Positions 47,501 to 57,451 of a stretch of DNA of 64,000 bases are shown in pieces. A program made the translations under genes and the position numbers. The notes under the pieces were generated by a model. The model was not told the DNA's origin and did no database searches. It worked only from the letters and a program-made list of their open reading frames with translations. This stretch comes from Yuukianura sp. NJ FZ-2021 (Eukaryota): contig CM102290.1 of the NCBI GenBank assembly GCA_046563655.1, forward strand, positions 12,028,001 through 12,092,000. Reading direction: 5' to 3'. Each line of letters opens with the position of its first letter. Within the stretch, counting starts at the first letter, position 1.

Positions 47501-50500
47501 TTTCTTTGTTTGAACGTAGGTTGTGCAGGCCTATTTGGCCCTTTTATCAAATTGTTCAAATCCTGAAACTTTGGAGGCGGCAGCAGGAGCAATTCAAAAT
47601 TTGGCAGCTTGCTACTGGCAACCCAGTATAGAAATAAGGGCAGCAGTGAGAAAAGAAAAAGGACTTCCGGTACTTGTAGAACTGTTGAGAGTGGAAGTGG
47701 ATCGAGTAGTTTGTGCTGTGGCCACGGCACTACGCAACCTGGCCATTGACCAACGGAACAAAGAGCTCATAGGTACGTTTTTGACAAGTTTAAAATTTCT
47801 CTTGTTGGGATTTTGTCACTTTAAGTGTGGCAATTTTTAAGAATTTTGATTCACTTTTGATTTGTTGGTTGCAGGAAAGTATGCAATGCGTGATTTAGTT
47901 CAAAAACTTCCATCGGGACGGCCATTTGACCAGGGTGCATCGGATGATACAATAGCAGCAGTGTTGGCGACGTTGAACGAAGTTATCAAGAAGAATGCAG
48001 AGTTCTCCGGGTATGTTGATTGTAGATTTCAGAATGGTTGATTTAATTTGGAAAAGTAGCTGGTCTATTTGACCTCCATTTTGCCGCTTTGAATTTTGAA
48101 TGGAAGAGGAAGTGAACCTGTGAATTGAATTGACTTGTTTTCTCCTCTTCCTTCCTGATTAGATCACTTTTGGAGGCAGAGGGAGTAGAGAGACTAGTAT
48201 TTCTGACTCAACAGAAGCGCCGCTTCTCTCCGAGAGTTGTAAAGTTTGCCTCCCAAGTTTTGTATTCCTTGTGGCAACATCAGGTAATTTACCTCTTACC
48301 ATCCAAACAACCGCCCTCTCATGTTCCAATAATGAGGGGTGAAGGACGTGACGTGGGTACATAAACGCTTGTCTTGTCTCTCTTCCAGGACAACCGGGAG
48401 GTGTACAAGAAGGCTGGCTGGACAGAACAGGACTTTGTGAGTAAAGGAAGTGGCGGGAGGAGTGGAAGTCCAGGACCAGGCGGAAGCGGAACTGACCTCA
48501 ACTCGGCTGGTTCCCCGGTCAACAATGCCAATTCTACACTCAATCGTCCCATGGCCAGTCAGAGCGGGACGAGGTACGAGGACAAGACGATGCAGCGCGG
48601 AAACAACGTTCCAAAAAGTCCACCCCCATCATATCCTCAGGTTTGTCAATTAACATGCTTGGATTAATTTGTAATAGAGCGATCTTTTCATTAATCTGTT
48701 TCTATCCGCGCTCTTTCTAACCTCTTGTCTTTCATAAATTCAGGGAGAGGAAGTTCCACTGGGAAGTGCCATGCCTTATCCCGAAGGTTCTCATGCTCCA
48801 CCTCCGCCAGGGGCATTTAGAATGTACCCGTCACCCCCGGTAACATCCACTTACAGAACATTTCAGTTTCAGTTGTTAGAACTCGTTTTACTGTTAATAC
48901 TGCGAAGATACCGGTTTAGGACGACCGGATACCGTAAATCTCCAAGCGCTACTTACTAGGAACCGGCGAGGTCTCTTTTCTGTTTCAGTTTTCAAACTCG
49001 GTGCGAGTAGGGAAATAGCAATGTAGTAGTTGATTGCTTTAACGTGGTTCGTTTAATGGTCAGATACTTCAATTACTCGTAAAATTCTATCTAATTCAGC
49101 GGAAAACCTTGATCTCTTATGGCAACTCTCTCCGATACCGTAAACTCTCTGATTACGTCACAATGGAACACTCGAAGTTTAAGTTACGTCACATTTGGGC
49201 ACCAGGCCACCCAAAGTCTATATAATTGCTTTTTTAAAGTTAACTTCCCTGTAGAAACTTAGGTTTTACGGTGTCACGCCTAAAAAAATAGTTGCTATTC
49301 GAGAGGTTCTTCTGTACAAGCGCTTAACGCTTTTCTCGTTTTGTAACGCATGATTTTTAAGCCTAAAGTGGAACATGAGATCTACTTGGGTGGTTAGTAC
49401 TTAACGTTTCACAATACGTAAATATTATCCTTTTGTTTGTTTTCGTTGAAAAGCTGGCAAAAAGTCAAGATCTACGGTAATTAGATTGCATGATTAGGCA
49501 GAAGAGCAGAATGTAACGGAATATGGGGAAGTAATGGCGCGGAAAAGGCGATGAGGCAAAAATGCCAAATGGAGAACTTTCGGTATAAGACCAATTTAGC
49601 ATTCGAAAAACGACGAAGATTATTATAAGATTTCAGATGAATTTGAAATAATGCGCGCAAATTAATCGACTGTTTTACCCGCCATTTTTTTTAATTGAGG
49701 CTAATCCGGTGTGCTACCTAATTTTAAAAGTGATATCGAGCAAATGTATTGCTGTTGAGTTTTTTAAAACTGGATTTGGACTAACTGAATTTACGTGGTG
49801 ATTTGGTTTAGTTTTTCACATTTTTGGGTTTGTTTTTCCTGTTTCTGATCACTTTTAGCCTGGACAGTAGGTTGTAATAACGAGGGACAAAACACTCTTC
49901 ACTTCCTTCCTTCTTCTTCTGCTGGTGCGTTTTGGTAGATTTCCAAATTTGAATTATACTGTAAATTTCTTGCCTCAATTGCTCCTGTAGTTGGTCAGTA
50001 CAAACTGCTTTTCTCCGTACCAGTGTTGCTGGATGTTTTTGGATTAATTGCCACTATACACGGATGTCCGCTGGACGAAATTCGTGATTTTGGAAGAAAT
50101 GAGTTTCGCCCCTACTGGACGAAACTATTGGTGTATGGAGGAAATTGATTAATCTATTTCGTCCATTTCTTCCACTGGACATCAGTGGATGAAATGTGGA
50201 AAAAGTGGGTGTCCGGTAACACTGCTCCGTTGGCCTTAAAATTTACTTAACAAAGTAACCATGTGAATGTGATGTAATTGCTAACTAACAGATCATTCCG
50301 TCTAAATATTTATGTAACTAACTTAAAAACGAACTTAAAGCGCATGTTCCTTGGCTGAATTTTGTTTTTTTATGTAGTCATGAGACCGTAGTTGCTGTCG
50401 ATTTTTGTACGTTCGACTTGGAGTAGTGTTTAGGAGTGAAAGCTGTTTCTGGACGCATGAGTTCTTCGTATTTGTATTACTTGCTATTGGGTGGGGCGTG

Positions 50501-50765
50501 AACTTGGTTGGACGATTAATAAAGTTTTGATTTGATTTATACGCAGGTCAAACCGGGAGAACCGCTCTACGCCCAAGTTAATCGAGAGAAGAAGAAGAAT
50601 CGAGGTTATGAAGGTCCGAATTCTCGTGGCGGCTACCAGGGTGGTTTGTACAATTCCAGTCCGTTGGGCGAACCGACACACTCCAATTGGCAAGAGAGCA
50701 CAAACTCCGTGACACACTCCATAGATAACTTGTCCCATCAACCGGCTGGAGACTCGTGGGTCTAG
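32539..50765 (+). CDS. p120ctn: Delta-catenin / p120-catenin subfamily armadillo-repeat protein with C-terminal PDZ ligand DSWV
   Basis: Armadillo core exons 46268-46641, 46719-46882, 46980-47397, 47520-47772, 47875-48010, 48163-48283 ([108 protein letters not shown]). Tail exons 48389-48640, 48744-48839, 50547-50765 (EPLYAQV...AGDSWV*). Phase-compatible N-terminal exons: 32539-32591, 33877-33954, 35598-35847, 35965-36208, 38206-38412, 44684-44812, 45407-45829. The core is very secure; the first two exons are less so. AATAAA at 51591. Confidence 0.88.
36378..36749. mobile_element. Triply nested MITE in a delta-catenin intron
   Basis: Outer 25-bp TIR CAGCAGACCCTCTCGTATAGCAACT / AGTTGCTATATGAGAGGGTCTACTG|TA. 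Middle TA|CCGTAAACTC...GAGTTTTACGG|TA (36411-36702). Inner CAGTGTTGCTGGAT...ATCCGACAACACTG (36475-36642). Confidence 0.75.
37361..37628. mobile_element. DINE-1/HINE-like (Helitron/Helentron-associated) short element
   Basis: 5' hairpin aagttgc-gaaa-gctactt, a (ctgt)n microsatellite ctgtccgtctgtctgtctgtctg followed by aactcgaaaacggctcaac, and a 3' hairpin aaaagttg...caactttt. This layout is typical of arthropod DINE-1-like repeats; the family assignment is by resemblance. Confidence 0.5.
40440..40960 (+). repeat. Degenerate minisatellite with conserved core (gtc)aggataag(tt/tg)at and ~32-33-bp period
   Basis: Core at 40530, 40562, 40594, 40631, 40649, 40679, 40711, 40736, 40769, 40802, 40835 and, degenerate, 40871. 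All on one strand, with diverged intervening sequence. Confidence 0.7.
44365..44535. mobile_element. Degraded, inverted relative of the CAGTGTTG-TIR element at 50021
   Basis: atttcgtccacggctggatatccagtggaagaaatagatta (~44444-44484) resembles the reverse complement of 50150-50195. Confidence 0.45.
49097..49316. mobile_element. Second copy of the composite (outer + middle) MITE, lacking the inner element
   Basis: Shares gcaactc...gataccgtaaactctctgatta, aaagttaac..., gttttacggt and aaaaaatagttgcta...gagagg...ctg|ta with 36378-36749. Confidence 0.7.
50021..50224. mobile_element. hAT-like MITE, ~200 bp
   Basis: TIRs CAGTGTTGCTGGA / TCCGGTAACACTG. Flanks ctccgtac and ctccgttg match at 6/8, consistent with an 8-bp TSD. 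Same termini as the inner element at 36475-36642. Confidence 0.7.
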
Positions 50766-51654
50766 AGTCGTTGACCTTTGACCTGTTCAGGGGAATCGAT
50801 CAATGACCTCCGTCCCCCTGGCCAGTTCATCCCCCCTGTCAGGGACAGGAAGCAAAACAGTTCAACTTTTTATTTCCATTTCTCAAATCACACGACAAGA
50901 CTATTTAAAGTTAACGAGTAGTGAATTTTAATAAATTTTAATTAACGTTAGTTTCTCTACTACTATTTCCATAGGAGGAAGAAGCAGACAAAGTCCGTGA
51001 AATTGTGCACTCCGTACTTGCTTACCCCTGTAGAACCTTGGTGACTGCGAGCCCTTTGACCCCTTATATGTGACAACATTTCCCCGAAAATCCAGTGCTT
51101 GTCGTGGGTATTTTATCTGAGCGGGAATTGTGGACAGGATTTGTGGAACCCTTTTATTTTTGGAACTTTTTATTCCCCGGGAGTTTAGGTGAGACGGAGT
51201 GAGCAGGGATGTGCACTGTGCAGGTTAACTACCCTGACCTGTGTAGATTTTTGAGCAGAATTACCCTTGACCTGCGACCTGTGTACGAACACTGGAAGTG
51301 ACGTTTTGGGCGGCATAATGAACTTGAATGTGTTGTACTTGTGTACTCAACTTACTATACAAAAAACCTACCGTGGAAACTTTGTTAATGTCCTAGTGCT
51401 TATTTACTCTAAATATACATATTATTATTATTATTACCTAAAGTTATTGTAATTATGGACTAATTATTGTTCTACTTACAATTAATTAAAGTAAGAGTCT
51501 AAAAGTGTGAATTCAAAATCCGTTTAGAATCATAAATGGTAGGAGAACCTCAACTATACCCTCTTCTCCACACAACACAAGTACTTTATGAATAAAACCT
51601 GAAAGACTTACACGACTTTTAATGAGTTTCAGTTTGGTAATTTTATTAATTGGA

Positions 51655-51940
51655 TTTTTACAAAATTTGACGAAAAACTTGATGTTCGATTTTGGAGTTT
51701 TCAATATTTGTTAAATTTTGTCATGTTTTTTAAGAGTTTTTCGCGAAGAGATTAGCTCTCTATCGCTTTTCGTTCTCGAAATATAAATTTTCAAAATTTT
51801 ATTTTAATTTTCAAAACCTTTGAAAATTCATATCTCGGGAATGAAAAGCGATAGAGTGGTAAACTCTTCAGTGCTGAACTAACAAAAATGTGGAGTATTT
51901 TTAGAAAATTTAAAAGTATTCTAAGATTTTGACCAAAATA
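51655..51940. mobile_element. Palindromic dispersed repeat between the delta-catenin poly(A) signal and LSm6
   Basis: 38-bp inverted arms 51758-51795 / 51819-51856 (4 mismatches); flanks align with 3155-3360 and 3726-3775. Confidence 0.7.
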
Positions 51941-52232
51941 TAAAAAAAACGATTTTGAAATTTTGAAAAAAACGAACGAAAAAAAAACAGTTTTGTGAGT
52001 TAATGAACCATAGCAGTGAATTTTGAACCAATATTGGAATTGGGGCATAGTGAGACTGTTGGCGGGGATTGATTTTACTGCATTCAAATTTACTTGCGGT
52101 ATCAAGAAATCAACAAGAAGACACAAAAGAGTTGAAACTTGTTCAAAAATTATCAAGTGGTTGGTCGTCTTGTTGTCAATTACTAATTGAATTGTTTGTT
52201 GAATTGAATTTGTAGATACGGAATTAGTAAAG

Positions 52233-52579
52233 ATGAGCCGAAAGGAGAAACTTCAAGAGTACCTCGAGTCAATCAAGGGGCGTCCAGTCGTCGTTAAGCT
52301 TAACAACGGAGTCGATTACCGAGGTAAGGCCCATAAGTACAATGAGGAATCATTTTACACTTTGATTTATGGAATTAATAGCATTGTTCATTTTTGTGAC
52401 TGAAGTCCGGTTGAATCTAATCAATTTTTTCAGGTGTACTGGTGTGTCTGGATGGGTACATGAACATTGTGCTGGAGCAGACTGAGGAGTACGTCAATGG
52501 CCAGTTGAAGAACAAGTACGGTGACGCTTTCATTCGAGGCAACAACGTCCTCTACATTAGCACTCAGAAGAGGCGATAA
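52233..52579 (+). CDS. LSm6: U6 snRNA-associated Sm-like protein LSm6 (78 aa)
   Basis: Exons 52233-52323 and 52434-52579 give MSRKEKLQEYLESIKGRPVVVKLNNGVDYRGVLVCLDGYMNIVLEQTEEYVNGQLKNKYGDAFIRGNNVLYISTQKRR, with Sm1 and Sm2 motifs characteristic of LSm6. Missed by the ORF track because each exon is short. Confidence 0.96.
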
Positions 52580-52939
52580 AGAGACACTGCTGAGGCTGCT
52601 ACCTGTGACCCCACAATAGATGTTAAGTTAAGTTACAGAGGTATAGCTTGTCTAGGTTTAATATTTAACTTGATTTAACCTTTCTACTCGAATGGATACT
52701 CACTTTTCCTAGCACTACTTTGACGTATTAAATTGGATTGAGTGGAAGCATTGGACAGTTCGGTAGCCATCGGATTTTGGATGATCATGGATGGATCGAG
52801 TGTGCTTGTAAGGTTTGTCTAATATTCCTCCATTGTATTGATTTGGTTTGGTTAATTGTTCATTTATGTTTTCATTTAAGTTAATTGGCTTTGGTTAGAG
52901 ATGTGTTTACTGTTTTGAAGATGATATTGATTGGTTGAG

Positions 52940-53345
52940 ATGAATGGATCCCTTCGTTGCACGCTGATCTGAGCAAATAGAAATCAATATCCCCCATGTG
53001 CTTCTCAGATGTTTTCAGCTCCTTTCTCCTCAGCACAATCCTGACCTACGACAACATTCTTTCCAATAATCAGCTCAAGCATCTCTTGAGGTCGAATACC
53101 TTCACTCTTCTACCTAAACTCCAAGCCTGCACTTGGAATAGTAAGTTGGATTTGTTTCTTACGTACTTGGTACGTAAGTTTACTGAAACATTGAACAAGC
53201 ATTTCCAAATTACTGTTGGACTATTTTAGGGTGATAATTTCTGCAGCGAATTGATCTCCCAAATTCTACTCTTTTCTAAGCTTCTTCCTTCAATAGCATT
53301 TGGTAACTTGGATCCATTCAAATGCTATTCAAATTCGAGTTGAGG
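52940..53345 (+). pseudogene. Decayed leucine-rich-repeat gene fragment
   Basis: Reads PSLHADLSK*KSISPMCFSDV...ILSNNQLKHLLRSNTFTLLPKLQ, then after a frameshift LHLE, donor GTAAGT at ~53141, acceptor TTTTAG at 53229, then FLQRIDLP, SFNSI and TWIHSNA in shifting frames. These resemble LxxLxLxxNxL...F repeats interrupted by stops and frameshifts. Confidence 0.5.
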
Positions 53346-55146
53346 TGGATGCGCAGACGTGTTGGGAATGCTATGAGATACTAGGTGGCACAATTCGAGG
53401 TTCTGGATGATGTTTTTTTTAACGCAAATCCTGAATTTAGTGTAGCTACGTAAGTAATCAAGACGAAATTTTAGGTATTCCTCAGCGTTTTTTTTTATGC
53501 TGAAAACCAAACAAAAGACGCATTGACTATTAAAAAACAAAATCCCAATTAAGTACATAATAAAAAAAATGAAGAGAAGCAAGGGGATGCAAAATTTGGA
53601 AATTGACAAAACGGTTTGACTTTTCGTGAAAAATGGAATCGTCGCAACTTTTTTTCCTTAGTTAAGGAGTTTTCCATGCCTTCGCTATGAAATCTTTTTC
53701 ATGGACTTTGACTTTGTAATGAGACGCTTCAGAATTTCCCTTGAGTCATCATCTTTTTGGTTGATGAAGGGAAAGTGGCCAAACGCTTTCTCCAATTGGT
53801 CAATTAAGTTCAGCGCAGACGCAGAGACGCAACTCTGTCTCGTTTCAAACACAAATGCAAATCTAAAGAGACGCAAAAACTTTAATTATTATGATTTTTT
53901 TGAAAACCGCTACAACTTGAGCCGACATAAGGTCGGTGCTACTATTTTGAAAATTTGCTTTAGAACGTCATGTTTTATTTTAGGTTTTAAAGATTGTCGA
54001 AAAAGCTTGAAAATTTTTTAAAAATTTAAAGTTTGAGGAGAAAGATTTTGTAATTGGAGAGAGTTGTGCGTTGTGGAACTGGTGACGATGAGTCCTTTTG
54101 TCCTTAGTAACGTTAAAGGGGAGACAACATAAGCGTAGGAGAGTGGTTTGTTGTTGACCAGGGGAGCCTAGCAGGGTTGGGTTTTTTCCTGCTACGGTCC
54201 TCCTTGGCTTTTCACTCCGAATTCGGGTATTTTCGGAGGGTTCGGATGTGTTGAACAGTAGAGGAGCATAGTACAAGGGCTAAGGGACGGGCGTTTGAGT
54301 CAAACGCTTTCCCCTATGTCTTTCCAACAAACAACTCTTCAATTTACACAACACAGTGGTCTAAATCAACCTAAAAATGACACAAAAATATTTCTTTCCA
54401 ACCTACAATTCGTTAGCGAAAGGAGAAAGTGGAAGTGAAAATACTTTTTTAAAGTAAGCAACCAATAGTACTAACCTATACACAACCGCGTTCAGACTTC
54501 AGTTTAGTTATTGCTATTTCAGTAACTTTACTATATACTAGTTTGAAAATCTGTTTGAAATTAAAAGTACAGTGTCAAAAAATATTTCATGAAAAAAATA
54601 GGAAACAAAATAACAACGGTTTTTACCATAAAGAGAAAGTACGAAAAGAAAACATGTTCGACGTAGTGCTAAACGCAACTTAATCCAATTCAAGACGGAA
54701 TTCAAAAGTACAGCTTCATTTTAGCTGTACTTTTTGGGCAACTCTTTTGTGTCTTGTGGACCACTGTGATTCGGAGAGCTGGATTCGGGAAATGTTGTGA
54801 ATTGCGCGAAGCCTTGCGCAGAAGCCGCTATATGAACATTCGGATTTAGATGAGGGTAAGGGAAGAACATGGGCGAAGGGAACGGATCTCACTCAACTTT
54901 CCCTTGGACTTATCTTCAACTGTTTACTTTTTTATTTTTCTAGTCACATTATGTAATTAGTAACTAATTGACACTCGCCTTCCTGCAAGGGACTCCAAGG
55001 GCCCACCACTCAAAACCAACCAAGGCTCTCTATTCATTCCGTAAGTACCCCTCTTGTATATGTGTGGAACAAACAGAGAGTAGAGTGTCTGAGTGTTTGT
55101 GCTAAGGGAAAGTATTCCAGCGTTCACTAAAGTCACTTTCGTCACC

Positions 55147-57451
55147 ATGGAGACTGTTGAGTTGAGTGACGAAGCTTTAGCGGCAGAGTCTGTCATCACG
55201 GTATACACGACGTCGGGTCACAACAATCGTTTCATAGTGACCACAACCAGCGGCGGAGTACTTGAATCCATGGCTCAGCGGAATGCCAACAGTGTAGTGC
55301 TTGAGGACTGTGAAGAAGGTGACATTGAAGAAGAAGTAGTCGACGGATCGCTGCTCATCACGACAGATGACGTAAAATACGATGATCACGTGATTCAGGC
55401 GGAAGATGACGGATCAGGCGGGCATCTTCAGGCAGATGACGACGAAGAGCCCCACCATCACCACCACCATCACCATCATCACCACCTTGATCACCATCAA
55501 GACCAAGCCCCTGACACCACAGTGCTCGAGTCCCACCACCAGTTGACTTTGGCCCATGCCCCTTCCCACCATATGATTCCCATTGCAATTCAACAACATC
55601 ATCACCACACAGGAGCCGGAGGGGAGATTTTTTCGCCTGGTCTAGTGCTGACGAGTGCTGGCGGAAGACCGTCGCGAGTCGTAGTGGTCACTTCGCATGG
55701 AGCCCTTACGACAGCAGCCCATCTAAACAGTCTGAATACCCTGGGGCTCCATCATCGTTTTCAGGTGAAGCAAGAAGAGCTCCAGACAGCAGCCGAAGAC
55801 TTGTCACTGAGTACGTGTACGTCGGTTGGGCCGGATCAGGCGTCGACTCAGGCCCCCTCCAACATTGCCCACATTTCTAACATCAGTCTCCTCACCCACC
55901 AGCACGGAAGTACACACCAGGCCATACGCTTTCACTCCTCGCACTCCCAGTCCATCTTAGCTCACAGTCAGGACAGTCTGCACTCACATTCCCTCGGTGA
56001 CGACGATGAGGACGAGTCGTCACAGTGCAAGTCCAGCAGCGATGGACGGGATGGAACACTGACAGTGATTGTGCCACCACAGCTGACTGACCAAGACTCA
56101 CACTCTCCGTCAGGACTTGACTCCAACGAAGCCTCACTCCTGTCTCCCAAGTTGTCACCTTCGAGCGGCATTACTGTAAGTGTGAGCAGTATGATTGACG
56201 CATCCGAGTACCACCGTGGCCTCCAAAGTGAGCATGGAGGCTACCAGGCCCTAAGTTCCGTCAACGGAAGGCTCTCCCCGGCCGGTTTCAGTCCGGGTAC
56301 CGGTAATTCCCAATATGCTACCTTGACTCCACTCCAACCTCTACCACCAATTTCTACCATGTCAGACAAGTTTGCCTACGGCCATGCTGGAAATGTGGCC
56401 GGCTCTTTCACGGTTATGCACAACAATGGACTGGCCAACTTGGGCCTCGGCGTCAGTTCACCCTATTCATCATACGAAAAGTTACCATCCATGGGCATTT
56501 CACCTCAACACTACTCTTCTCCGACGAATGGACTTGGGGTAGGACTGGGTCACCAACACTCCCCGTCAATGTCACCGCACTATGGCCAAAACGGACTCGG
56601 CTCGTCACCAAAAGCCCTTTCACCAAACGGCTACGACTCTTACGGAAGTAATGGCAACGGAGCCCGGGACTTGAGGGCCTCTCTACACAATTCAGGCGTG
56701 TCACACAGTCAGAGTCCGTCGCTGAGCCCACCAGGTACTATCCACCACCACAACACGTCTCCACCGCACATGACCTTCAACGTCGTCCAGTCCGGTATGA
56801 ACCAAGTTCAGGTCAACGGACTGACCTCTCTCAGCCCCAACTCAACACCACACAACTCTCCACCATTGGCCGGAGCCACCGCCGTGGTCGTGACCCACCG
56901 TGACGCCTCGTCTCCACAAACTTCCAGTCCTCTTTCAATTACAATGTCCATGTCGTCTCCACTGACGGGCGGGAGTCTGACGACCCAGGCCCTGATCTCT
57001 GCTCATTCACACCAACAGCAACAACATGCTCACTCCCACCCCCACATCAGTCATACCCACCATCAGCAGCAACAAGGCTTGAGCCACGCTCTTTCTTCCC
57101 ACGGTGGGACCTCCAAGACAAATCAAAGTAGTGGTGGCGGGGGGAACTTGACAGCGACTCCTGCAGGTTCAGGGAATAGTGGGGCTTCGTCCGTGTCAGG
57201 GTCAGGGGAACTGGAGGAAATCAATACAAAGGAACTGGCTGCTCGGATCAGTGCAGAGTTGAAGCGATACAGCATCCCACAAGCAATATTTGCCCAGAGG
57301 GTGCTATGTAGGTCACAAGGCACGCTCTCTGACCTCCTCCGCAATCCAAAACCTTGGTCAAAACTCAAGTCCGGCAGAGAGACGTTTCGTCGGATGTGGA
57401 AGTGGCTCCAGGAACCAGAGTTTCAACGCATGTCTGCCCTCCGCATGGCAG
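55147..57451 (+). CDS. onecut: ONECUT-class transcription factor, first coding exon with the CUT domain; homeodomain exon not in the window
   Basis: Kozak-like caccATGg at 55147 in a 792-codon ORF. Poly-His tract, the ONECUT-specific YATLTPLQPLPPISTMSDKF box, and CUT domain EEINTKELAARISAELKRYSIPQAIFAQRVLCRSQGTLSDLLRNPKPWSKLKSGRETFRRMWKWLQEPEFQRMSALRMA. Donor G|GTGAG at 57452, at the intron position conserved in ONECUT genes. Confidence 0.96.

Noticed and set aside
55177..57368. Antisense ORFs within onecut (and likewise within the catenin, serpin and GT92 exons)
   Set aside because: Expected shadows of GC-richer coding sequence.
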